From positions 1 to 33,787 of the forward strand of contig JAMDHS010000136.1 in the NCBI GenBank assembly GCA_029717555.1: a stretch of DNA of 33,787 nt, in the 5' to 3' direction. Below are positions 12,387 through 23,626 of the stretch, one piece after another; positions within the stretch are counted from its first letter, which is position 1; each line of letters opens with the position of its first letter. The notes beneath the pieces are model-generated. The model searched no databases. It was not told the DNA's origin and saw only the letters and a list, made by a program, of their open reading frames with translations. Position numbers and translations under genes: made by a program. The stretch is from Peribolospora baueri (Eukaryota).

Positions 12387-12931
12387 ATGTCCAGCGTCCA
12401 ACCTTGGCAAGCGAACACGCAGTATACCCAGGGTGCCCAGGTCGAGCACCAAGGTGAGCCTAGAGGAGCGCACCTTAGCTCTGGGAACAGAAGCCTTGCC
12501 CTTTGTTCCACACGCTCGCTCGGCAAAGGTACCTCGACCTAGCTTCACGGCCGTCTTGCTGACATACTTTGTCTCCTCCTCACTTGATTTCAGGTACCCT
12601 GTACAGCCTCATTCAGCCCCACACCTCTCTCCCGGGCTGGGAGCCACCTCAAGTGCCTGCGTTATGGGCGCCCGTAAATTCACAGCCAGCTCCAGCACAG
12701 GCGTCGGCGGCTGCGCCGCCGCCAGCAAGACCTTCACAGCCAGGAAATGACGGGAAGAGCGCTGACAAGAATGGAGCGCCGCAAGCGGGCGTCGCATGTC
12801 CTCCGCCGGTGGAAGATGCGCCCCAACAGGTGTATCAACAAGGGTCATCGTCAGCGCCATGCGGAGGAGACACCGACGCCGGCTCCCGGGACGGATACTA
12901 TGCTCCAAAGCCAGCTGGCTACACAGACTAA
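12387..12931 (+). CDS. Small CBM12/ChtBD3 (chitin-binding-type) domain protein, 134 aa, no signal peptide
   Basis: Exons 12387-12453 and 12594-12931 (intron GTGAGC..TTCAG) give WQANTQYTQGAQVEHQGTLYSLIQPHTSLPGWEPPQVPALW, matching the W-x5-Y-x2-G-x2-V-x-Y-x-G-x2-Y..HTS..W.P...PALW CBM12 pattern, followed by a Pro/Ala/Gln-rich tail. Confidence 0.85.
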
Positions 12932-14198
12932 GCTACAGAACACTCGGATCGGATTTGAACGGTTCTGGGACTCTCATCCGGCTGCAGGCAGTTGCGGTTT
13001 TAATGAGTAATGGGATTAATGGGACTGGGGGCGTGGAAATCGACACCTGAGAAGCAATCTGTCTCAACTAGTAAGAGTAATACGCCCTTGTTCCTCCTGC
13101 ACGACCATCTAGACGTCCAAAAGCGAGAATAAGAAGAGGGAGTCTTGTGTTTCCATCCTGAACACGTAGGCCCGAACGAGGATTGGAATGGGTAAGAGGG
13201 AACAGCAAGTCAGCTAACTGAAGAAGACATTTACGCCCAATGGACCAGACCTTCGCTGAACCGGACGGCCCCTCAGAAACGCCTTTTTGGTCCCCATTCG
13301 CACCCCTCGCCTCCTGTGTCGTCTTTTCTCCGTCTCGTCGTCCATGCAGGCGCTTGCGCACGTGTGGACAAGCAAGAACTAGAGAAGGATGGACGACAGA
13401 CGAGGGTGCTTGCTGAAACAGTCGTGTATCGTCCTCGAGGCAGGCTATGATATCGTATGACAGAAGGGGTTACAACCGTTACTCACCCAAAACTGACTTA
13501 CGTATGGCCTCCTGGCAAGTATGGAGTGTTGTGGCCCGCCGAACGAAGGGTAAAACTGTGTGTGCAAAGCCAAGAATTCGAGGGGCGAGGTATACGCGAG
13601 AAGGAAAGCGGCTCGATTCTATGTTGCAAACACGTTGCGGACATTCAGCGCAAGAGCACGCAGAGGAGTGTGAAAGGAAGAAAAAAAAATGTGGATACAT
13701 CAGGTCATTCCCAATCCATGGGCTCGTGCAGCCTCTCCAGAAGAGAGGAGCGGCCTCATCGGCAATGGTTTTAGAGCACCCGTTCGACCGAAAGGGTCTT
13801 CCGTCTGGACGCTGTCTGTGACGTTTGGACGACCATCGGCTCCCCTCGAAAGAGTCGCCGACGGCGCCTCCCAACACCAGACACCGGCCAACCTTGGCAT
13901 GTGCGAGGCGGGACGAACAAGTCGGCCTGCCGAATGCCGAGGCTGAAGACGGTCTGGAGGCAGCGTCGTGGTTGAAAAAGAACGGCTGGAGGAGACGCCA
14001 GCCGAATAAAACAGCGCTGGTGATGCCGCAGCATGCGACCGCGCGCGCGAGCTTCCTATCGCACGCTGCGCTTCGGAAGAAGTCGCACGGGCGAGACGAA
14101 GAAGGCCAAAGTGGTCGAAACTGACCTCGTCGCCGGACCTTTCAGCGTCAGCGCAAGCGTCGTCCAGCCCCACCACTATTCCCGCCGGCGGCGCCACC

Positions 14199-15806
14199 AT
14201 GGCATCTTCGAGCGCGGCCGCTTCGGCGCCCAGCACTTTTGCCCGTCTTCTGCGCCGCTCCAAGGCCTCCTCTTTCGACCCTGCCGTCGACCAGGTCTAC
14301 ACTACATACGGAGGCTACAAGCATCGCGGCGATTGGGGATTTAAGCATCGCCTCCCCGCCACTTCTGCAGGCGGGAAGTACCATCTCCGTTTTGCTGCTC
14401 TTCGCTCTTTCGACTCTCCCGAGGGGCAGACGGACTTCCGGCCTCGTGAGCGGGAGACCCTCTTCGTTAAGCGATGGCACGAGACAGGCGCCGCTCTCGA
14501 CGACGACGGTGGTAGGGACCTTGGGCCGAGGCCGTACACCGTTTTCGACCCATCTACGCGGAGGTTGCTCCCAACGGACAAGGAGGTCGTCGCGGGTGGG
14601 GAGGCCAAGTTGCAAGAGGTCCGGAGCACCGCTGGTTATGGCTACGAGATCGGAGTGTTCGGCAGCAACGAGGGTCGCTACGCCGAGGCTCCGATCCATC
14701 GAGACGACCTGCGCTCCATGAGCCAGCGAGAGTTCCGGGCCCACCTCGAGCGCATGCGTCAGCTACGACCCGCCTTCAAAAAGTATTTGGCGAGCCGGAC
14801 GAGGAGGAAGTTGGAGCGCAAGGAGGACAAGTCGGCGGCAGAGGCGGAAGCGGAGGCCGCCGAGGTCGACGGCACAGAATCAACAATCGACATGTGGCAA
14901 GGCAGGCTGGACGACTCCACGACATCGTCCATCTTCCTCTCTGCGCTCAACTCGTCCCGCATTTCCAACCGGGACGACACCAAGCTTCCCCAGTCGCCCC
15001 TCCCCGCGCACCCTCACGGAGGCCTCGCCTATTCCAGGCCCGACCCCATTAACACGCAGCTGATCTCTCCCCCCGTGCCCGGTCGCGCCTTGCACGTCGT
15101 CAATACGTTCCGCTCTCGATCCGGCCCTACACTATCCCTGGGCTCCCCCCCCGCCTATGGCTCCAGCCGATCCACCGCCGTAGGTATCGCTGGAACGATA
15201 GCCCAGCTAGACTACCAGCACCGCGAGGGTGTCGATCCAGTTGATTGGACTCGCCGAGACAGCTCTCGAGGCGAATCCACCTTCCGCATCCTCTCTGCCC
15301 AGCTCGTCGACTCCCCTCCCGGGGGCCGCTTCTTCCTCGCCTCTGAAGCGACTGCCAACCCCAATTCCGGCTTTTTGGAGATGCGAGTCCGCGCTGTGCC
15401 GCAGAGCGAAGCTGAGCGTCCCAACGTGCACCTACCGGGGAGCCCAGAGTACGTGGCCAATGAGAGGAAGAGTCGCGCATCGAATGGCGTCGAGCCGTTA
15501 GACTTTGGCAGGTATGGCGTCATCAACAGACTTGGTCGCTCGTCCTCATCCTCTCCCCTGTCCGGATTCTACACGGAGAAAGAGATGGAAAGGGCGAGGT
15601 CGCGGAGGCAGCGGAAGAGCAGGAGCGGCAGAGAGATGAACATCGCTGGTCTGGACGCTGGTCGCGGTCCCCAGCCGGGTCAACCCGCTTCTTCATTGGG
15701 ACAGCAACGGAAGGCAGGTGACATTTCGGCGGGTAAGGATGCCGGACAGGCGGGACAGGGCGTGATGGCATCCTTGGAGAGGCTGTTGCAACAGAGCGGG
15801 CGATGA
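14199..15806 (+). CDS. MRP51: Mitochondrial ribosomal small-subunit protein Mrp51 (bS1m)
   Basis: 535-aa ORF with Kozak-like CCACCATGG; FARLLRRSK..FDP..QVYTT..HRGDWGFKHRLP and HPHGGLAYS resemble the fungal Mrp51 family. Confidence 0.8.
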   Translation: MASSSAAASAPSTFARLLRRSKASSFDPAVDQVYTTYGGYKHRGDWGFKHRLPATSAGGKYHLRFAALRSFDSPEGQTDFRPRERETLFVKRWHETGAALDDDGGRDLGPRPYTVFDPSTRRLLPTDKEVVAGGEAKLQEVRSTAGYGYEIGVFGSNEGRYAEAPIHRDDLRSMSQREFRAHLERMRQLRPAFKKYLASRTRRKLERKEDKSAAEAEAEAAEVDGTESTIDMWQGRLDDSTTSSIFLSALNSSRISNRDDTKLPQSPLPAHPHGGLAYSRPDPINTQLISPPVPGRALHVVNTFRSRSGPTLSLGSPPAYGSSRSTAVGIAGTIAQLDYQHREGVDPVDWTRRDSSRGESTFRILSAQLVDSPPGGRFFLASEATANPNSGFLEMRVRAVPQSEAERPNVHLPGSPEYVANERKSRASNGVEPLDFGRYGVINRLGRSSSSSPLSGFYTEKEMERARSRRQRKSRSGREMNIAGLDAGRGPQPGQPASSLGQQRKAGDISAGKDAGQAGQGVMASLERLLQQSGR

Positions 15807-16459
15807 GCCGACTTCCTGCGGAGCGGTGGGGTGTCTATCTTTCTCCTCACTTGTATTCAGCCGTATGGATTCCAGGTGAAGCGAACACAATGCATGCTAC
15901 ACCTGTCTTTTCACACACACCTAATGCAGTGTGGGCTGTTTGACTTGTACTTTTCATCGTCACGAACGAGAAAGCAACGACAAGGTCCAAACAGTTCATA
16001 TGACATGATGTGATGCATTCCACGCTGGCGGCAACCGCCCAAGCGATAAGCGGGCCAGGGAATCTAGTTTCGAGAACCTAAAGCTACAGTTGGAAGTTTG
16101 GCTTGGAAATGAAACGGGGAAGACGATATAAGGGAGGGAGGGGAGGGCAACTGCGACGAGATGACGGCCGCTGTGCATGCGAACAGGACAATGTAGTGGT
16201 TTTGTGGAGTGATCGAGGAATGAGAACATGATGCATGGCCCGATGGTCGCGCTTGTCGACTGGGGTTTTGTGGACCGCATGTGTACGTGCGTGGTGACAC
16301 CAGTTCGCCCGCATGGTCTGCCCCTTCTTGAGTATAAGCGTGGAAAGCTGCTGACGTCGGTATGAAGCATGTAGCAAGCGGTGCATGCTGCTGCGCGAGA
16401 GGATAGCGATGACGCCGGCGCCTAATTCGCGCACTCTCGACCATCACCCGGAGGATCGC

Positions 16460-17449
16460 TCAGTCATGCAGAGCGATGAGGCTCTGGACGCGGGTCATGT
16501 TGCTCTTTCCCAGCATGGGCCTCGTCAGAAGGAGGTCCATGAGCGGCGCGAACAGCTGTGCCCTTCCCTCGGCCACGTCGGCCGCGTGCTCCGTCTCCTT
16601 GTGGTCCTCGCCGGTCAGCGCCCCCAGTCCGATACCTACGCCCAGTCCTGCTGCGGAGGCGATGCGCAGTAACTCGTCCCATGATACCCAGTGCCAGGCC
16701 TCGCACTTCTCCGGCTCGACGACCTGCAGTGGGATCCGCGATGAAAAGCGCACAGAGGTAAGCGACGCAGTTCCCAAACTCTCAAAGGCGGCCTGGACTT
16801 ATAGCTGAAAAGCCGAGGCTCACCGTAGGTTGCTGTCGCTCGTCGACGAGCTGACCGAACATGAAGATGGTGACGTAGTGCTGATCAGAAAATGAGCGCT
16901 CGCGCTCGTCAGCAAACCGTCTCACACTCTATCAGATCACAGAAGCGGAGAATTGACTACACACCTGTCGAGCCTCGCCAATAACTGGTGAGTTGACGGC
17001 CGTAAGGAACTCTATGCGATCAATGTCCACGCCAGTCTCCTCGAGCGCCTCCCGTCGTGCGCAGTCCTCAAAGGACTCATGCATTTCGAGATGACCGCCT
17101 GGAAGGGCAAATGTTCCTGAACGAGATGTGGTGTACACGGGCGGACGCAAGAGTTTGAATGTTTTGTGAGAAAGGGCGTCTGTCAAGTGGACAATCGCGT
17201 AGCAAAGCCGGTGATACGATACGCACCATGACCATGGCTGCCGAGCCGCTTGCCAAGTAAGAACTCTCCATTTCTGTTGAGGACGAAGATGCCAACGCCA
17301 ACGCGCGGGCCTTGAACTGGTGGGTTGCTGGCGGTCTGAACGTCGACGGAAGAGGAAGAGCTGGAGCCAAGATCGACTTCAGGGGCGACCTTGGAGCGTA
17401 CAGCGGAGTTGGTGATTGCGGTGGTGGCGGTGGCGGCGGGGACTGGCAT
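16460..17449 (-). CDS. Nudix hydrolase, NUDT15/MTH2-like, 4 exons
   Basis: PRVGVGIFV..LLGKRLGSHG|GTFALPGGHLEMHESFEDCARREALEETG (Nudix box), HYVTIFM, EPEKCEAWHWVSW and LFAPL. Introns at 17117-17226, 16881-16963 and 16724-16823. Confidence 0.92.
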
Positions 17450-17671
17450 GATGGATGACTGAACGATGAGAAGAGATGATGAAAGAAGGGGGGTGCCCGT
17501 CAAGAAAGATTAAAAGGTGGGTTGGCTGAAGTAGAGATGATCGTATGTGGCGCGAGATCTCTACTGAGTCTAGCTGTCTACGCCTCTATGCGTCTATGGG
17601 AAGGGGCGAGCGGGGTAGTGGATGACAGAGCAAGACGACTTTCACGTTCCCCGCGCCAGAAATCCATACCT

Positions 17672-17680
17672 CTATATATA
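17672..17680 (-). promoter_or_regulatory. Candidate TATA box of the Nudix gene
   Basis: TATATATAG on the minus strand about 225 bp upstream of the ATG in otherwise GC-rich DNA. Confidence 0.4.
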
Positions 17681-18430
17681 CGTGACCCCACTCTCGCTCG
17701 TGCCGGACGAGCTCGTCGTTGACGTCGGAAATGCCTCGCTGACGAGGTGGCGAGAGTAGGACACTTTCCATTTCAGGAAGAAAGCACGATTCTATCCTGT
17801 CAACAGCCCACCTCCCTTTCAGGCGCTTGTTTCAAAGGGCAGAATAAGCCTGTTGTGGCGTATGAAACAATCCTCTTCCGAGATTTGAATGGCGCCGCGA
17901 ATATCGACGGGACCCTCGCAGCCGCCGATACCGCCAAGGGGGGATGCCGGCGGGAGCGCTCTTACAGGGCGGTTTTGCCAACTCGGACGAGCCGGAAGTG
18001 CACCCGGTGGTGTTGTGTTGTGCTGGAGAGATAGGTTACAGTATCAGACGAAGCATCCGAGACGAGAGGAAGTTATCTTCGTATCGATCAGCCTCTGATG
18101 TCACTGCCGGATCACCTCGGCAAGCCGGATGGACGAGCTTCACACGTGCACTCACGTGACAGGCACATGGTCGTGGGAAACTTTCCACCTTGCCTGTAAC
18201 CCTAACACTCTACCCGCCCGCCCGCCGCCAGCTGCATGGAGCGGAGGGCAGGGCAAGGGCGAGCTGGAGATTCGAGAAGGACATCCATCCGCCGCACCTC
18301 CCACTACCCACCATCCTTCCTCCCCTCCTTGTAGTCTGTCGGCTTCGTCCCTCCTCTCCCTCCTCCACGTCTCTCCACTTGCCGCTCTCTCTTTCTCCCT
18401 CTGTCACGTTCCCTCAGCGACTCTGTCAAA

Positions 18431-20153
18431 ATGGCCGCCGTTGTCGAGCAGGTGAGTGAGGAAAGGGGGGGGGAAGAGAGGACCAACCAGGCGCCGGTGA
18501 ACCGACCTTTTCACCATCTCTTTTCCATTCCGACTTGTCCCTTTCTCGTTTGTTGGTACACAGGATCCCACCGCCCTCCAGTCGTACGTCGGCTTCGACA
18601 GCATCACCAAGCAGATTGAGAGCAAGCTCCTCAAGCGCGGCTTTCAGTTCAACGTGATCGTTGTTGGTGCGTACACCCTTTCGCATAGAGTCGTTCACAC
18701 ACGTTTAGGTCCTGAGGTAGTGTCTGGACGGCGAACACGGTGTGGCTGACTAGGGTACGGACTGCTTGTCCGACCATCTCTATTTGCATCCTATCTGCCA
18801 CCAAAGGCCAAACCGGTCTTGGCAAGTCGACGCTGATCAACACCCTCTTCGCCTCGCACCTCATCGACTCCAAGGGCCGCTTCGAGGCAGACGAGGTGGT
18901 ACGCACCACGACCGAGATACACCCCGTCTCTCACGTCATCGTGGAGAACGGCGTCAAGCTTCGTCTCAACATTGTCGACACCCCCGGTTATGGTGACCAG
19001 GTCAACAATGAAAACTGGTGAGTGGGCGAGGACATGCTGCTAGATTGCGGCAGCAGCACCTTTTTTACATGAATGCTGAGCGACCATACCATCTCTACAA
19101 CTCCAGCTGGGATCCCATTATTAAGTACATCAAGGACCAGCACTCGGCTTACCTGCGCAAGGAGCTGACGGCCAAGAGGGACCGATACATCCAGGACACG
19201 CGCATTCACTGCTGCCTCTTCTTTATCAACCCCACCGGTCACTCTCTTCGTCCCATCGACGTGATTGTTATGAAGAAGCTCAGTGACGTTGTCAATGTTG
19301 TGCCCGTCATTGCTAAGAGCGACGCTCTGACCCTCGACGAGAGGGACATGTTCAAGGAGAAGGTGGGCGGTTCATTCTGTGTCGCTCCAGGGAAAGTGAA
19401 GATTTGGAAGAAGACCCCACAGCTAATTCGCGTCTCTTGCTTCTGCCACGATTTCGTAGATCCGCGCTGAGCTTGAATACCACAGCATCCCCGTCTATCC
19501 CTTCGACACGGAGGACTACGAGGACGAGGAGAGGGAGCTCAACGAACGTATTCGGGTAAGGATCTCAAACAGATTTGTCTGCTAGTATGCAACTGCGCGA
19601 GCTACCCGATTCCGGCTGCAGGCGTGCTTAACGAGTCGAACCTGTCTTTCCTTTCCCTGCAGGCTTTCATCCCCTTTGCCATCGTCGGCTCGGAGCGCAA
19701 CGTAGTCATCGATGGAAGGCAGGTGCGTGGTAGGAAGAACCGGTGGGGCGTCATCAACGTCGAGGACGAGAACCACTGCGAGTTCGTCTACCTGCGCAAC
19801 TTCCTCACTAGGTGAGTTTGTTAAGAGTTAAGCCGTGCTGGCGGACGTGGCGCGTATGGGGCGACGTGGCGAATGAGCGAGATGGTAGCTGGGTGGTGTC
19901 GATTCGTCTATGGCGTACGGATAGCGAGAGATTGTTTGCTTGGTCTCAGCAGGGAGGCTTGTGGAGCGTCTGACTGACTGTCTACGACTACTTACCTCCT
20001 TTTCGTCTACGTCACGTCAGGACCCACCTCCAAGACCTGATCGAGACGACTGCTCAGATCCACTACGAGGCCTTCCGCTCCAAGCAGCTCCTCGCGCTTA
20101 AGGAGAGCTCCTCCAAGGCTGCTCCTCAGTCTGCCGCTCCGAACGGCGTCTAA
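18431..20153 (+). CDS. CDC10: Septin, Cdc10 subfamily, 7 exons
   Basis: SYVGFDSITKQIESKLLKRGFQFNVIVVGQTGLGKSTLINTLF (P-loop), DTPGYGD, AKSD and RKNRWGVINVEDENHCEF; no C-terminal coiled coil. Exons 18431-18451, 18564-18666, 18807-19017, 19107-19362, 19460-19555, 19663-19811, 20021-20153. Confidence 0.95.
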
Positions 20154-20866
20154 TTTCCTCGACTCACGTTTGCTGGCTATCACTTAGGTCCTTCATTCGC
20201 TCGGTGTCTTGGTTGCCGTGCGGCTGGCTCGAGACGACTCGTACCGCGCGCGACGGTCGATTTTCTTTCCTTATCTATTCACTCGGACGTTGCGGCGGGC
20301 GCGGGCCAGATACCATCGCCCCTAGGCTTTTATCGCGCTCTCTTAAATCTCCTTTTGCTCCCCCTATAGGAAGGACGGGCGGTTTGCGTCCGTATCCGCC
20401 TACGTCGTTCATTCTTTGTCCTTCTGCTCTTTCGCGTCTAGTCTCTTTTGTCTTGTCTCCACCCTCCCTCGTCGTACCTTTCACTCTTTGTTCTCCTCTC
20501 CCCCCTCGTGTCTTAGTGTGTTCTTCTCTCCCTCCACCTCTCGTGTTCCATTCGCGGCTTGTCGTTCTCGTCTTTCTCGATATCGTCCGCGTGGATCAGA
20601 CCGGTGAGGTCAAGCTCGGGTCCATCCGAATGGAATGGAGTCTCGTCCCCCTGAGGACGACGATGATAGCTTCTGCTGTTGCCAGCGTTGCTCCTAGACT
20701 TTGCCGTTCACCGCCTAAGGCTCTCCTTGCTCGGAACTGCGGCAATGCCTGATCGAACGAACAGGTGATCGAGACGCGCCGAGCACGAAGACTGCATGAA
20801 GACCAAGTTCTACTTACGCCTCGTCCCCACTTCCCCTGCGTACTTCAACTGACGCCGCCGACGCCG

Positions 20867-23626
20867 ATGCACAACGCGTATGTGGAGGATGAAGATGGGG
20901 CGCCGGGTCCACAGCGGAAACGGACGTTTGAAATGATGGAGCGAGAGGAGGGGGGAGCGGTGACGACATCGACGTCAGCGAGAGGAGGCGGGGAGGACGG
21001 AACAGAGGAGGACGACGAGGAGGGGAGGTTTTTCGGAGGAGGTCTGACGGACGAGCAGGAAAAGATTTTCGAGATTCTCGATCGGGATGGGGGTGAAGGA
21101 GAGGTGAGTGTTCCGATGCCGTCACAGTTTGGGAGTTAGGAGAAGGGGAACCGAGGGTGCCGCTGTACCTTCGTCATCCGCTCCTTTTTCTTCGCCCCTC
21201 AGCCACAGTTTCACCTATGCCAACACTGGCACCTCTGCTTCTGTAATTGCCCTCTCTGATCTGATTTTTTTTCTTTGTTCAATTCGGTTCTCTTCCTCAG
21301 GCCCCGCAGATCGACCTGGCAGCGGTGCGAAGGATGCTGCTGCGCTTGGAGAGGGCCATCAACAAGAACCAGGAGCTGAGGGTAAAGTTTCCTGACGATC
21401 CTACCAAGTGCGTCTTTCCTACGCGTTTTGAACGGTCTCTACCTTTTAATTCTTTTTTGTTTGTCCGTTTGAGCAGGTTCAGTATTTGGAACCCCTCCGG
21501 CTGACACGCTCTTCGCTGTTCTCGGCTTCGTTCCCCTCAGGTTCATCGACTCGGAAGCGGACCTCTTCTCGATCCTCAAAGAGCTTTCTCTTCTCACCGT
21601 TGATCCGGATGCCTTTTACCCAGAGGCGATCAGGTTAGGTGCCGTCGCCAGCCTGACAGGGCTCATGTCCCACGAGAACGCAGACATTGCGATCGGCGTC
21701 GTGGAGGTCATCGAGGAGCTTACTGACGAGGACGTCGTAGGTGGGGAGGTGGGGGAGGAGGTCGAGGAGGCTGATGAGAGAGGAAGGCAGGGCCTTGGCA
21801 AACTGATTGAAGCGCTGGTGAGTTTTCATTTGAATGTTTCGCCCGTGCCGCTTTCTCCTCCCGGCACCTGACCTTTCCGTTGCGTATCTCCTGTCGTTCC
21901 CGATCATAGCTCGCAAATGCGTTGCTTGACCTGCTAGTAGCAAACCTAGCGCGTCTCTCACCGGACAACGAAGAAGACCGACAAGGGATCTACCACACCC
22001 TGGGAGTGATCGAGAATCTGCTCACTCACTCCCCGCAGCCCGTCTCCGCCTCCCTCGTCTCCGGTTCTTCCGCCACCTCTAGTTCCACTTCACTTGTGTC
22101 CTGGTTGCTGGACATGATCCGTCGTAAGGAGCCGGCGCCGGGTGGAGGTTGGGATCAGAACAAGGGGTACGCCAGCGAGGTGCTCAGCATGTTGTTGCAG
22201 TCTAGCAAAGAGGCCAGGGACAAGGCTCTGGATGCGGATGCCATGGACGCCGTGTTGCGCGTTCTCTCGGTGAGTGTGTCCTGCCCTCGAACAAGATGGC
22301 GTGGATTTGGATTTGACGGACGGACTTGACTTGGACCTTGATACGTCGATTTAGCAATTCCGCCGTCGAACACCAACGGACGCGGAGGAGCTCGAGTTCA
22401 TGGAGAACGTGTTCAACGCTCTGTGTTCCTTGCTTTCTGAGCCGAAGGCCAAGAAGCTCTTTCTTGAGGGCGAGGGCGTGGAGTTGATGGTCATCACGAT
22501 GAAGTGAGTTTGGCGCCTTGACGTTTAGATATGCGACGACGTGCTCCTGCCGCTGATCACTTTAATGCGCCCCACGTCTGGCTGGCCTCGTGCATCGGAC
22601 AGGGAGAAGCACCTGGCTCGAATGCGCGCCATAAAAGTCCTCGACCACGCGCTGTCTGGTCCGCAGGGAGGGGTCAACTGCGAGCGCTTCGTCGAGGCCG
22701 TCGGTCTCAAGCCGTTCTTCAGCGCCTTTATGGGGAAGGTGGGTGTCATCTGTCTCGTTGTTTCTTGCTCTCCTCCCCTTTTCGGTGCCGAACGTTTTCC
22801 TCATTTTTTCTTCTTCTTCATCTCCCTTGCGATCGCTCCCGTCTGTGCAGGGCGTGAAAAAGGGGGACACGACGTATGAGGACGACGAGCACATGCTCGG
22901 CGTGCTCAGTTCGCTCCTCAATAACCTCGCCTCGGACTCTGCGCCTCGGCTGCGCGTGCTGGCCAAGTTTGTGGAGAAGGAGTACGAGAAGGTGGACCGG
23001 CTTTTGGAGATCCAGGAGGCCGTGGAGGCGAGGCTAAAGGCCACTGAAGCACGCATTGAGAGGGAGAGGAAGGTGAAGTGCCGTTGGTGGAGGTGGATGT
23101 TGAACGACCGGTTTCGCCGGCTTACACGCTCGTCTCTTCGCCTTTGTTGCGTTTCCACCCGTGTCAGCAAATGGAAGAAGAGGGCGAAGAGATTGGGGAG
23201 GATGAGGAGGATGTGTTTTACGCGCAGCGACTCGAGTCTGGCCTGTTCTCGCTCCAGATGACGGATTATGTGATGGCGTGGCTGTGTATGGAAGATGACG
23301 GCGTAAGTCGGGCCTTGTCGAGTGCCGCGTCGCCGCTCCGCTCCGCCCACGCTCGTCTCGTCTCTCTAACTGATCGTCCGTCCGTCTCGGCGTCCTCCCT
23401 CGTCCCTCCACTCCCGCCTCAGATCCTCTCGCACGTCAAGCTGCTCCTTTCCCGACGAGGCCGGTCGCTGAACGACGTGATCGAGGTGCTGAAAGAGTAC
23501 TACGACAACATCGGCGACGAGACGGTCGCGGTGGGTGCGGAAGGGGAAGGGGGGGCGGGAGCAAAAGGGCTGCAGCAGAAGGAGATCGTCGTCGCCTTGG
23601 TGAATTACCTGTTGCAAGTGGCGTAG
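20867..23626 (+). CDS. CTNNBL1: Beta-catenin-like protein 1 (DUF1716, Prp19-complex associated), 9 exons; start uncertain
   Basis: EEGRFFGGGL, AINKNQELRVKFPDDPTKFIDSEADL, SHENADIAIGVVEVIEELTDED, EFMENVFNALCS, EGEGVELM, KFVEKEYEKVDRL and RLESGLFSLQ. Exons 20867-21103, 21301-21407, 21541-21817, 21910-22269, 22355-22503, 22603-22738, 22851-23072, 23168-23302, 23423-23626. Confidence 0.92.

Noticed and set aside
12183..12548. N-terminal extension of the 454-aa uL5m ORF
   Set aside because: Begins at a non-ATG codon and overlaps CBM12 exon 1; ATG 12182 gives a typical mitochondrial presequence.
13445..13497. Possible C/D snoRNA (ATGATA..CTGA)
   Set aside because: Imperfect C box, only about 50 nt, no terminal stem or recognisable rRNA guide.
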